In this document: positions 30,224-40,063 of the stretch, in pieces
Numbering within the stretch: the first letter of the stretch is position 1
Layout: every line of letters begins with the position of its first letter
Assembly (NCBI GenBank): GCA_000002435.2
Contig: CM018793.1
DNA: 64,000 nt
Direction: 5' to 3' (one strand)
DNA from: Giardia intestinalis
Taxonomy: Eukaryota
Position numbers and translations under genes: made by a program
The notes under the pieces: generated by a model
Databases searched by the model: none
What the model was told of the DNA's origin: nothing
What the model saw: only the letters and a program-made list of their open reading frames with translations

Positions 30224-32332
30224 CTACTCGCCAGAAAAGGTGAAGGCCCCCACTTGCACATGGCCTCGACCTTCGGGAACGTAATGGAGAATGGGAATCC
30301 CATTCTCAAGCCTGTCAAAGTAGTAGAAGCCCCACCTTTCCAGCTGCAGAGTCTCCTTCGGCTTGACGTATTGTAGTATATTCCCCTGGACGTATGCATC
30401 GAACGTCTTGAAGGAACTCTTGTTAACGAAGTCTCTGAAGTCGTCATCAGGCCCAAGAATGTCCTTGGTTATTAGGTGACCGAAGTAGCACGTCCGCACA
30501 CGCTTCACTGTCCTTGACTTCCCGACCCACGTGATCTTCAAGGTGCCTGAGTAGTCTGTATCCTCAGGAACATGCCTTAGGGCCAGTGTCTGGGCGCCGT
30601 AGTCAACGGCCTCGATCTGCATGTTACCCCACGTCATAAGAGTGAGTTTATCGCCGACCTTCAAGCCCTGGTCCTCCATCTGCTTAAAGTCCGAAGAGTC
30701 GATGAGAACCTCGGGACGATAGAGGACCTGCTTTGTGCCCAAGTCTGCATTCTTTGCATGCAGTGGGACATCCCGCAGCGCGTAGAACGCATGCTTCGGC
30801 GTGAAGTTCACGATTCGGGCAGTGACAGCGTCATCTGAGTGGACGGCGTGGAACCTCTTAGCAATGGGCTCTATGAATTGCTTATTCACGGCCCAGATCT
30901 TCGACCACTCCTGATAGTTGTTGCGGCGCGACGGGCCCTGATCCAATATGAACTTCCGCAAGGCATCGGGGCGCAGTCCTCTGCGCATGAGACCCTGGAC
31001 GGTGGGAAAACGCGGATCGAACCAGCCTTCCACGAGTCCTTCCTCCACAAACCACTGCAGATGACGCTTGCTCATGATACTGTATTGCATACGAAGACGC
31101 GAGAAATCGTATAGCTCAGGCTTGCGTAGGCCTAGCTTATCGCAGAACCACCAGTACTGGTTGTTTCTATCTAGAAACTCCGTGGTGCGAAGGGCGTGCG
31201 TGATTCCTTCCACAGAGTCGACAATCGGACACGCAAAGTCATAGGTTGGATAGACCTTGTATTTTGTCCCGGTCCTGTGGTGCTCGTCCTTGACGTTCAC
31301 CCTGTAGATCACTGGGTCGCGCATGCACTTGTTAGGATCGTCGATGGATATCTTTGCCCGCAAGCACGTCAACTGGCCTTCCTCGCTGCCCTTTTTCATC
31401 TCCTCCCACAGACGGAGAGACTCTCCAACAGCTGTATCACGAAAGTCGGATGCAACTCCATCAAATCGCCTCTTCTGCATCTCTTCTGACGGGGTTTTGT
31501 CGCAGTACGCCAGCCCGTCGAGAATGAGCTTCTCCGCCAACTGGAGCATCAAGTCAAAGTGGTCAGAAGTATAGGAAAAGGAATCGAAGTCGAGCTGCAG
31601 AGACTTCATATCACGCTTCAAATTTTCGACAAACTCCGGGTTTTCGCGCCCGGGATTAGTGTCGTCCATGCGAAAGTGCAGGCGACCCTTATATGCGCGA
31701 GCAAAGTAATGATTGAGCATGGCCGCCTTTGCGTGACCAATGTGCAGGTACCCGGACGGCTCGGGCGGGAAGCGAGTGCAGACCTTTCCGAGCTCCGCGT
31801 TGTTAAGCACAGGCCCGTCTTTCGGCAGAAGAGACCGGGTGTAGTTCTTCACAGCCATGCTTGTCTGCCCGCGGGCAACCTTAAGGGCAACATCTGAAGC
31901 GTATGCCTCAAGCAGAGAAGCTGTCCTAGGGTGTCCGGCGAGGACATCAGCGTGAGGAGCGCCGACGATGATATAGTCAAGCTCCTTGTGTCCTGTTGAG
32001 ACAGGCGTATCCTGCGCTATTGCAGAGACTATCGTCTCTAGCATATCGGGCTGCGCTGGCTGGTCGATTAAATAGAGAAGAGGAAGAACGGCGGTAGAAA
32101 TAAGCATCTCGACCTCAACAGGCATAGACGGCCAAAGGATCCTAAAAAGCTCCAGATAGCCCGTCGTGAGGACGCCGTCGGGCGCCTTGTACGTTGGTTC
32201 GGTCAAATCGGCCTCAGCAACGTAGTTTGCGTGGACGCCCCCCACGTAGGCCAGGAGAGCTAGTGACACGGGGGCCCGATCGGCGCGAAACGTGATGGTT
32301 GCGGCTGGTGTCTTGTCCTTCTTCGCGCACAT
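30224..32332 (-). CDS. glutamyl-tRNA synthetase (class I Glu/Gln-RS, closer to the eukaryotic GluRS pattern) with an N-terminal extension
   Basis: RFPPEPSGYLHIGHAKAAMLNHYFA...RMDDTNP carries the HIGH motif. IMSKR is the KMSKS-like motif. Confidence 0.85.
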   Translation of the reverse strand: MCAKKDKTPAATITFRADRAPVSLALLAYVGGVHANYVAEADLTEPTYKAPDGVLTTGYLELFRILWPSMPVEVEMLISTAVLPLLYLIDQPAQPDMLETIVSAIAQDTPVSTGHKELDYIIVGAPHADVLAGHPRTASLLEAYASDVALKVARGQTSMAVKNYTRSLLPKDGPVLNNAELGKVCTRFPPEPSGYLHIGHAKAAMLNHYFARAYKGRLHFRMDDTNPGRENPEFVENLKRDMKSLQLDFDSFSYTSDHFDLMLQLAEKLILDGLAYCDKTPSEEMQKRRFDGVASDFRDTAVGESLRLWEEMKKGSEEGQLTCLRAKISIDDPNKCMRDPVIYRVNVKDEHHRTGTKYKVYPTYDFACPIVDSVEGITHALRTTEFLDRNNQYWWFCDKLGLRKPELYDFSRLRMQYSIMSKRHLQWFVEEGLVEGWFDPRFPTVQGLMRRGLRPDALRKFILDQGPSRRNNYQEWSKIWAVNKQFIEPIAKRFHAVHSDDAVTARIVNFTPKHAFYALRDVPLHAKNADLGTKQVLYRPEVLIDSSDFKQMEDQGLKVGDKLTLMTWGNMQIEAVDYGAQTLALRHVPEDTDYSGTLKITWVGKSRTVKRVRTCYFGHLITKDILGPDDDFRDFVNKSSFKTFDAYVQGNILQYVKPKETLQLERWGFYYFDRLENGIPILHYVPEGRGHVQVGAFTFSGE

Positions 32333-32365
32333 TTTTATTTACTAGGGAACAGCAGTGCGGGTGCA

Positions 32366-33898
32366 TCAGAGCTTGTTTGCTACAAGGTACTTGGCTGTGG
32401 AGACGAGCCGTCGATAGTCTTTGACCACCTTGTTGATGGCCTTCAGGAAGTCGGCCTCGGAGATCAGACGTCTTTTATCACGCAAACAGTACATGCCTGC
32501 CTCTGTACATATTGAGCGTATCTCGGCTCCGCTGGCGTTGGGGCTGAGGCGCGCAAGAAGCTTGACGCGGATGTTCTTTTCTACGCTCATCTTCCGGAGG
32601 TAGATCTCGTATATTTCTTCACGGCCCTTCTGGTCCGGCAAGCCAAACTCTATCTTCTTATCAATTCTCCCTGGACGCGTCAGTGCAGCATCCAGGATGT
32701 CTGGCCTGTTGCTCGCCATGATCACCTTCACATTTCCCCTCTGCTTGAACCCGTCCAGCTGCGTGATTAGCTCAAGCATCGTCCTCTGTACCCCAGTGTC
32801 TCCTGTCTCACTTGCATTAACTGATCTCTTCAGCCCCCACGAATCTACTTCGTCAAAGAAGAGGATCGCTGACTTCTTTGTCCTCGCCAAGCTGAAGATC
32901 TCACGAACTAGTCGTGCTCCCTCGCTGGAGTATTTCGAGATGAGCTCCGAGCCCAGAATACGAATGAAAGTGGACTCTGTACGGTTGGCCACTGCACGGG
33001 CTGTGAGGGTCTTGCCGCTGCCCGGAGAGCCGTAGAACAAGAGGCCCTTGCAAGGCTCTATGCCCAGGTTTGTGAATCTCTGAGGATGGAGCAGCGGAAG
33101 CTCTAGAGACTCGCGTATCAGCTTCAGCTGCTTAGCGCAACCGCCAATGTCTCTGTACGTTAGGTTAGGTCTATCATCAACCTGCATAAGGGAAACAAGA
33201 GGGTCAATCAAAGGCGGCAGAGGAAAACGGATGGCATACTTGGAGCGGTCGCAGGCCACGCGCATGCCCTCCTCAAGGTCTGCTGGCGCTATGTTTTCAT
33301 CTTTGCTGACAACGTAGTTGAGGTGCCCAAAAAGATCGATGCATGCACGCCACACAGGCTGTGTGCCCCCAAACCGCCTTGACTGGTCGGAAAAGAGCTG
33401 AGGAACCCCCAGGTCGCCTCCGTCAAGCGTGTGCAGATCAGCGGAGGCGGATGTGTCAGAGTCAGGGGGTCTGGGGATCTTGCTCGCCGCTTCCTGAAGT
33501 GCAGCCCCTGGGTCATGCGAAGAGGCAGGTCCGCCTTGCTGTGGAGCGACTCCGGTAGGTGTTATAACTGTGTTGTCATAGCCCAGTATGTTGGTAATTG
33601 TTGCTATTTGCAATGCCATGAAGTTGCGTACAATCGCTGCATCTCCCTCAATGTCCCATTGGCTTGGAGGCGCTAGGCCACAGTCAAGATCCTCGAGGCC
33701 GGAGTTTGTCTTAATGGTGTTGGCTAGGCGCGTTATGGACGTCTCTAGCTTTTCCAGCTCAGATGAATAGGGCCCCTTCCCGATCTGTTTGAGAAGGTCC
33801 AACTCGCTCTGATCGAGAGTTGGCATATTGGCTACAAACTCATCCATATCCGATTCTGTGTCGTCTCTGTATCGCCTCTTCTGGGCCTGTGGGGGCAT
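32366..33898 (-). CDS. RPT1: 26S proteasome regulatory AAA-ATPase subunit Rpt1 (PSMC2/S7-like)
   Basis: LGIEPCKGLLFYGSPGSGKTLTARAVANRTESTFIRILGSELISKY, MSVEKNIRVKLLARLSPNASGAEIRSICTEAGM and NKVVKDY closely parallel human PSMC2. Confidence 0.9.
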   Translation of the reverse strand: MPPQAQKRRYRDDTESDMDEFVANMPTLDQSELDLLKQIGKGPYSSELEKLETSITRLANTIKTNSGLEDLDCGLAPPSQWDIEGDAAIVRNFMALQIATITNILGYDNTVITPTGVAPQQGGPASSHDPGAALQEAASKIPRPPDSDTSASADLHTLDGGDLGVPQLFSDQSRRFGGTQPVWRACIDLFGHLNYVVSKDENIAPADLEEGMRVACDRSKYAIRFPLPPLIDPLVSLMQVDDRPNLTYRDIGGCAKQLKLIRESLELPLLHPQRFTNLGIEPCKGLLFYGSPGSGKTLTARAVANRTESTFIRILGSELISKYSSEGARLVREIFSLARTKKSAILFFDEVDSWGLKRSVNASETGDTGVQRTMLELITQLDGFKQRGNVKVIMASNRPDILDAALTRPGRIDKKIEFGLPDQKGREEIYEIYLRKMSVEKNIRVKLLARLSPNASGAEIRSICTEAGMYCLRDKRRLISEADFLKAINKVVKDYRRLVSTAKYLVANKL

Positions 33899-34031
33899 GA
33901 TATTTTTTTATTGTTGGTTCCATCGGGATCTACAGTTCTTGACATGGAACTTTTGCACCATGCACAAAGCGTGCCAGTGTGTTAGGACCCGAAAAATAAA
34001 TTCCATCTGCGTTGAAAATTCAGAACCCCTT

Positions 34032-36605
34032 ATGTCTCTAACGGCCGTAAGCGATCTTCTTAAGGAAAGCGATGCCATGCTGGATGAGGTCCTGCGGATC
34101 AGAACCATTATTCAGCAGTCCAAAGACGCGTCTGCAGCAGAGCTTCTACGCCGCGTTCGCTATGAGGCGGCAGCCGCCCAGTTCATTCCCTCAGATACCA
34201 TAACCACGCAGCAACTGGAGGAAAATGCTAGGCTCTTGAAGGAGCAAGCGGAGGTCTCCAGTGACGCCTTTGATGATCTTAGGCTCACAGATGAGGAGGT
34301 GCACCAATTTGAGCTTGAGCTTCAGGAGAGAGCAGCAGAGGGCATCGATAAAGTTCCGAAGAGCAATCCTACCGGTGGACCGCCTAAACCCGGCTCTCGG
34401 CGTGGCCAACGAAATGTGAAGGGGTCTTCGGGTAAGCCACATCTCCAGGGTAAGTCCCGGGGTAGTGATCGCCTCCAGAAAGGGACTAGCCAGCCTCAGG
34501 GACCGTCCCGTGTACTAAGCGCTGATAGCTCCATGTCAGCAGAGCAAAGCGATTCGTCGCACAACTGTGGAGACTCAGCAGTTCTTCTCTCTGTCATTCT
34601 GCAAGAAGGCACCTCTTATGCACCAGAGAACCCTGACGGGGACCGCTGTGATGCAAACAGCGGAGTGCTCTCAGAGACGCAGGATCTTGATGAGATGCTT
34701 GACGGCCTTCTGGAGTACCACGAGAAACTGGAAAACGACCGTGTGGACGGGTGTCGGGGTCGGGTTTTCCAGACAGAATTGCCAACCATCCTGGAGTCTC
34801 AGACATCGTCCCCAGGCGCTTCCCAGTACACTGCATCTGAGGCATCCCTTCTTCCAGATCCAACATACAACCCCAATAACATCTACAATCCGAACTTTAC
34901 AGTACTATTAACTGAAAAAGAAAACGACAAAGTTGAGAAACTTTTGGCAGAGGATCTCCCCACTGAAAATGCGTTTCGGCTTTCAAACGAAGACATCCGC
35001 CGCGATGCCGAGATATGCGCACAGCTGTCCATGCTTGTTCCGCTGGACCGTAGCGACATGATCTATGCCCCAACCTTCACAACAGAAGCCTCTGCCGACG
35101 AAACCGTAGAGACGGCCTCTAAGCGGCCATCACGTCCTTACACGCACAACTCGTCCTCAACGCTCGTGACTTTGTCAGAGCCTTCCCATATGACGGAGCG
35201 AGGGCGGGAACTTTGGGCCAAGCATACCAGAGGCCTGTCACTGGGCGAGCCACTGGACATCTTTGTTCCTCGCCTCAAGTCTGGAGTCCCTGACTATTTG
35301 AAGGAGCAGCGGCGAGACAACATCTTGGTCCAATATTACTCTGCGATTTCACAGTGCTTGAACGAGCTTAAAAAAGACAGAAGCCTCATCCACATGACAG
35401 GAGAGAGAGTGAAAGAACTCCTCACGGACTTCTATATGACCCCAACAAACTTTGAACTAGTAGGAGACCTCCACAAAGCCATGGATAGTGTTGCGTCGAG
35501 CTCTCTTCCCTTGCGCAGTATAGGAGACGATGAGACCCCCCTAACACCTCAACTCATCCAGAAACCTGAAGACCTTGTACGGAACATCCTTCCTCCAGAA
35601 GATCGTGAAAAGCTAGACGACATTCTCTCAAGGGTGCGTAGCGATGCGTTGGAAGTTATTGAAACAGATGAGTATTACAAAGATCTGGATCTGACGGAGT
35701 ATATTAAGACGGCCACGGCTTTGCAGGACTTGAATGCCGATCCTGAATCCTCTCCTAAAAGCTACACAGCATATTCACGTGCACTAGATGTTGATGATAA
35801 TCCAGGGATACAGGATCCACTTCTTCTTAAGATCTACCGTGAGAGGCAGGCCGCTGCTCAAAACGCCGATAATATCGAGAACAGCAGCTGCGACTACAGC
35901 AGCATCAGTGATGATTATGATTTCGAAGATTATAAATCTAACCAACTTCTAACAGACCAAGAAATTAAGCGCGAGACCAAGAAGTTATTAGATGGAAAAG
36001 ATCAGGAGGGAGGGAAGTTGTATACGATATTGCAAGACGGAACAGGCCTAAACACCGAAGTAATGTCAGGGGCTGCAGGCCCTACCATAGCCCACTTCTC
36101 TCTGCACCAGGGCACTGACGTCAGCACTGCAGGGCTGGGAGGCACAACGGCAACATCTGAGGCAACTGATAGGACTGCCAACAAGACCAAGATCAAAACC
36201 AAAAAGCAGCTCACGAACACTGAACTGTTGGCCAAAAAGAGCAAAAATCTTAGCAACAAGTTCCAAGAGATAATAAACCGTTCTAAGCCATCAGAGATGA
36301 CTGCAGAGCTTAACCGCGTCTACGAGGATCTCCAGCCAGATGACGTAGACAAGATCCTTTCGGGTCCACAGGCCAATCAGCATATCCAGACACTCAAAAG
36401 GCAAGGGATAGCTTTACTGGATCTAGAGCCGGTCGGCACGGAGTGTTCAGGTCAGTCGATGACGACCCAGAACACGTCTGCATCGTCAACTGTGCTTGGA
36501 GCCTCATCTGGAAGAAGCTCTGCCAAGCCTGTCCTGGCAAAGTCGGGCACAAAGGCGTCGTCTTCAAAAGTTCATAGCAGAATTCCGCAAATACAAGATC
36601 ACTAG
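34032..36605 (+). CDS. hypothetical protein (857 aa), largely disordered and acidic
   Basis: The 925-aa ORF was trimmed to Met69 (MSLTAVSDLL) because the longer form overlaps the Rpt1 start on the other strand. gaaaaataaa lies upstream. Confidence 0.5.
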   Translation: MSLTAVSDLLKESDAMLDEVLRIRTIIQQSKDASAAELLRRVRYEAAAAQFIPSDTITTQQLEENARLLKEQAEVSSDAFDDLRLTDEEVHQFELELQERAAEGIDKVPKSNPTGGPPKPGSRRGQRNVKGSSGKPHLQGKSRGSDRLQKGTSQPQGPSRVLSADSSMSAEQSDSSHNCGDSAVLLSVILQEGTSYAPENPDGDRCDANSGVLSETQDLDEMLDGLLEYHEKLENDRVDGCRGRVFQTELPTILESQTSSPGASQYTASEASLLPDPTYNPNNIYNPNFTVLLTEKENDKVEKLLAEDLPTENAFRLSNEDIRRDAEICAQLSMLVPLDRSDMIYAPTFTTEASADETVETASKRPSRPYTHNSSSTLVTLSEPSHMTERGRELWAKHTRGLSLGEPLDIFVPRLKSGVPDYLKEQRRDNILVQYYSAISQCLNELKKDRSLIHMTGERVKELLTDFYMTPTNFELVGDLHKAMDSVASSSLPLRSIGDDETPLTPQLIQKPEDLVRNILPPEDREKLDDILSRVRSDALEVIETDEYYKDLDLTEYIKTATALQDLNADPESSPKSYTAYSRALDVDDNPGIQDPLLLKIYRERQAAAQNADNIENSSCDYSSISDDYDFEDYKSNQLLTDQEIKRETKKLLDGKDQEGGKLYTILQDGTGLNTEVMSGAAGPTIAHFSLHQGTDVSTAGLGGTTATSEATDRTANKTKIKTKKQLTNTELLAKKSKNLSNKFQEIINRSKPSEMTAELNRVYEDLQPDDVDKILSGPQANQHIQTLKRQGIALLDLEPVGTECSGQSMTTQNTSASSTVLGASSGRSSAKPVLAKSGTKASSSKVHSRIPQIQDH

Positions 36606-36625
36606 AGGCTAGCGCGTGTCTACTA

Positions 36626-37753
36626 CTACTTCTTCATGCCAAGAACTCGGAGTATCGCGTCATCTCCCCCCACAACCGTGACCTTGGCCTCCTCATTGAT
36701 TCCTATCTTATTAATCCCACCTCTGCACACAGGAACCCTAAGGACTACCTCTTCTAGTTCATTGTTCCAGATCGTGAGTGTTCCGTCAGAGTGCCCGCAA
36801 TATATCAAGAAGGTTTTCTCCACGAATCGATGCGCAATAGACATGATTGGAACCTTATCAGTAATGGTTACATGGTTGAGTTTAGAGATATCTCCTTCAT
36901 AGTTTTCATAAATAGCGAGAGTTCCATCTGAGTGGCCTACGAAGAGAAGATCATCGTCGGCAGTGAATGCAGTGACTCGCCCGCAATTGTTACTTGGAAA
37001 TGCTAAGTAGTCGGAGCAAGAAGAGGCAACCGCTGCTGCATCAGTCGACCCCCCTGGATTGACAAAGATAGTCTGACCATCGGCGCCACCGAAAACACAC
37101 ATGCTACCGAATGGATAGCACGCAATGACAGATTGTGTAAAGGCCTTCTTCTTCCAGAGGATGTCTCCGTTGCTCTTGTCGAGGACGAAGATACCTCCGT
37201 CTCGGGCGCCTATGCCCACATACTTTCCCCCAAAAATGCAGCAGGTCATTAGATTGGGCGCCGCCTTCATCTTTGGCAGGACAGACGTTTGCCAAACGAG
37301 CCTTGTTTGGTGCATGAGGCAGACCGTTGCATGGGACCCTCCGAAGACACTCTCTTGGGTTTCCCTGTCGAAGAACCCGTTGGCGATCGATCCCATCTGA
37401 ACCTGTTCCGTCCCCTTTGCGCCACCCTTCGCCCACGAGATGACACGCCCGTCCAGGCCTGCGCTGAGAATGTCGCCCGACCGGAGAATCGCAACAAAGG
37501 TGACCCACTCCACGTGACCGCCCTGCTTAAACAGTGTCCTGACGTGCTTCCCGTTGGGCAGGGTAAATACACGGATACTGTGATCTCCAGAAGCGCTGGC
37601 AACAAGCCATGGATCGGTACCATAGTTGTGCTGCTCCCAGTGAAAGTCGAAGAGGGCCCCATGACCCTCGTCGTGACCCCTGCATTCCAAAACGTGGGTG
37701 AAGAAGGGGTTCTGCGGCATGTCAACGCGGACAGTCTCAAAGCCCCCACTCAT
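36626..37753 (-). CDS. WD40-like beta-propeller protein (375 aa)
   Basis: Repeated GH/GD...D-G-x-I/V-x-W/V units, for example ASGDHSIRVF, GLDGRVISW, GHSDGTLAIY, GHSDGTLTIW and GGDDAILRV. Confidence 0.65.
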   Translation of the reverse strand: MSGGFETVRVDMPQNPFFTHVLECRGHDEGHGALFDFHWEQHNYGTDPWLVASASGDHSIRVFTLPNGKHVRTLFKQGGHVEWVTFVAILRSGDILSAGLDGRVISWAKGGAKGTEQVQMGSIANGFFDRETQESVFGGSHATVCLMHQTRLVWQTSVLPKMKAAPNLMTCCIFGGKYVGIGARDGGIFVLDKSNGDILWKKKAFTQSVIACYPFGSMCVFGGADGQTIFVNPGGSTDAAAVASSCSDYLAFPSNNCGRVTAFTADDDLLFVGHSDGTLAIYENYEGDISKLNHVTITDKVPIMSIAHRFVEKTFLIYCGHSDGTLTIWNNELEEVVLRVPVCRGGINKIGINEEAKVTVVGGDDAILRVLGMKK

Positions 37754-37792
37754 TTTTTACTTTTGTCCATCACTCTGCTCTACGCCTCTGAC

Positions 37793-38452
37793 TTACTCCT
37801 CCCGTCCAGAAATGGCCATGAGGATAATCATTCCGAAAAGCAGAACCTTCGCCCATTTGTGCTCTTGTAAAAGAATCGTCATGTATCCCAGGCCCGGAAG
37901 ATTGATTAGCATTTTCCCGACCAACTCATACGGCTCAAGGTACACTCTCCCCGTAGTATAAAGGAACGTGTCCTTGACTTTGTTTGCGTCTCCCTTTGTG
38001 ATGAATGCCAGTCTGCGACAGGGACTGGGCAGTGCTGGAGGGTTTGCAGCTTTTGCAATACTGGAAGGACCGTGATGCAACACGACTCCAGTAGCGTCTA
38101 CTACAGTGCTATTCACGTCACAAGGAAAGTCGTTGTCGATAATGACACGTCTCTCGGTAACTCTGTGGGATATCGGGATAGCCCTATGCATCAGCGAATA
38201 CCCCACGATGTCTCCGACTTCTATTCCCAGATTGTGGTTGGTGCTCTTAATTGCTGAGATGTCTCCTCGCATGAACCCGGGCACCATGGACCCCGTCAGA
38301 ACTACTATGCCCGGCATATCGTTGTTTAGAAAAAGCTTGAGGAGGTTCCAGTGCATGTAAGCTGTGCATATGGAAAGGACGAACTTCAGTATGTAGTAAA
38401 GAACGTCGAAAACAGAGAGCGAGCGCACGCGCTGGAGGGTCTTGGAGAGCAT
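37793..38452 (-). CDS. SEC11: signal peptidase complex catalytic subunit SEC11
   Basis: VVLTGSMVPGFMRGD (compare VVLSGSMEPAFQRGD), GDIVGY...IPISHRV, ITKGDANKVKD and LPGLGYMTIL. It carries a ~45-aa insertion relative to yeast Sec11. Confidence 0.88.
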   Translation of the reverse strand: MLSKTLQRVRSLSVFDVLYYILKFVLSICTAYMHWNLLKLFLNNDMPGIVVLTGSMVPGFMRGDISAIKSTNHNLGIEVGDIVGYSLMHRAIPISHRVTERRVIIDNDFPCDVNSTVVDATGVVLHHGPSSIAKAANPPALPSPCRRLAFITKGDANKVKDTFLYTTGRVYLEPYELVGKMLINLPGLGYMTILLQEHKWAKVLLFGMIILMAISGREE

Positions 38453-38478
38453 AGTTTTTAAATTGGAAGCCTTACCAA

Positions 38479-40056
38479 CTAGGTCTTTGTAGCGGATTCC
38501 TCGTACTTTGCCGCATGTGGTCCGCGAAGGAATAGTTCACAGAGGTTCTGAATAGTGAACTCTGCTCCTCTAGTATCATCACTGTCCAAATTGAGGATAA
38601 TGCTACAGTCGCTAATCATATCCGTAGAGGTCAGACAATGAGACACGCAGAAGATCTGGTCAATTTCGTGACTGAGTCGATTGTAGACACTACTATTTAG
38701 AGTTAGTCGCACCCATACAGTGTATCGGTTGGCCGTCAAAGCTAGTGACCAGTCCAGATACTTAAGGATTGCCTCTTGGATGTCTGTCAGACACGTCTGA
38801 GGCGGCAGAGTTAAGAGCTCGTTTGCGTTGGCAAACAATGTGGTTTCTATCTCTGGCAGGAAGAACGTTTGGGGAAGAGATGGCCTATCTCCAGAGTGGG
38901 TAGTGGAGTAAAATGTATTAGCCGATGCCTTAAGCAACGATTCGCGGGAAGGCAAAAGAGTTTGGCTAAGAGAGCTATTTAGAGTGATGGCTTGAAGGTC
39001 GCCAACGTAAGGTAGGGTAATCGAGGACGTCACCTCATCGCATGCCTGGTTCAATGCTTTCCCCACATCTTGGCAACGAGAGAGAAGGCCCGCATATTCC
39101 TTCAGCGTGTATATAGGTATATTTGTGAGAAGAGCAAAGATCACAATAGGGCTTATCCAGAGCTCCACGGCATCCACCAAACACAACATCGCGTCTCTGT
39201 TGGCCATCACTAGACTCCAGTTATATGCAAGCTGTGCAAACAAATCGAAGAGCCGCCGGATCAGAACGTACTTACCCTTTAGGGAGTCTCCATACCAGCC
39301 AGTCGACCCCGCAGTTGATGCATTTGTGCCTCCAAGCAGTCGCGGAAGTATCTCATCCAATTCTGAGGTGTCCTGGCACGTGGTAAGAATGTAGAGGGTG
39401 TCGCACTTGGGCTGCAAAACAGTCAGTGACAAGCTAGACTCATCGAGAACAGATGAAAAGGAGTTCTCCTGTGCTGTTGGTGTGAAGGGGTTCTGTCTTA
39501 GAATGAAGCTAGGGTGCATCCGAAACCGAGCAGAGGCCAGGACTTTGCTAACGGAGGGCTGCTCCAGGACTGTCTTGGATAAATCGGAGAGACACATGCT
39601 TGCCTGATTGGCGTCCTTGATGCTAATGATTGCGGAAGATACGGTAGCAAACTCTTCGTGCCGGACGCCAACAGGATCCGCGTCCGCTGTAGAAAAACGT
39701 GCAGAGGGCTGCCAATTATTACCAGATACTGACAGGTGAGTGTGCTGCGATACGTCTCGCTCGTGCTTATCTAAATAAAACGCTACAGTGTATGTGCCAC
39801 GCTGGCTTGCCGAGATGCTAAATGGAGGTTTAAATGCAAAGCTGTCCGTGGATATACGGCTCCACGTGCCATTGACGGGCTTAAAATACATGGACTTTGG
39901 ATAGCTTTCGAGGTAGACCTTCCCATCGTTCATGCGAAACGTCACCTGTAGAAGAGCATTTGGAGGAAACCAGCGAGGAGCTATGTCATGCAGAAACCCG
40001 GTCTTCAAGCTGCCGGTCTCCCACTTCTTGTTTTTGTGCCGAAAGATAATACGCAT
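38479..40056 (-). CDS. hypothetical protein (525 aa)
   Basis: Long uninterrupted ORF of host-like composition. No recognisable motif. Confidence 0.55.
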   Translation of the reverse strand: MRIIFRHKNKKWETGSLKTGFLHDIAPRWFPPNALLQVTFRMNDGKVYLESYPKSMYFKPVNGTWSRISTDSFAFKPPFSISASQRGTYTVAFYLDKHERDVSQHTHLSVSGNNWQPSARFSTADADPVGVRHEEFATVSSAIISIKDANQASMCLSDLSKTVLEQPSVSKVLASARFRMHPSFILRQNPFTPTAQENSFSSVLDESSLSLTVLQPKCDTLYILTTCQDTSELDEILPRLLGGTNASTAGSTGWYGDSLKGKYVLIRRLFDLFAQLAYNWSLVMANRDAMLCLVDAVELWISPIVIFALLTNIPIYTLKEYAGLLSRCQDVGKALNQACDEVTSSITLPYVGDLQAITLNSSLSQTLLPSRESLLKASANTFYSTTHSGDRPSLPQTFFLPEIETTLFANANELLTLPPQTCLTDIQEAILKYLDWSLALTANRYTVWVRLTLNSSVYNRLSHEIDQIFCVSHCLTSTDMISDCSIILNLDSDDTRGAEFTIQNLCELFLRGPHAAKYEESATKT

Positions 40057-40063
40057 ACCCTCT

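Noticed and set aside
33828-34031. N-terminal 68 codons of the 925-aa ORF, and the 45389-45763 (-) ORF
   Set aside because: The first overlaps the Rpt1 start codon region on the opposite strand and is hydrophobic or odd in composition, and a better ATG with an upstream A-rich element exists at 34032. The second overlaps the 5' end of the 1904-aa gene and has no signals.
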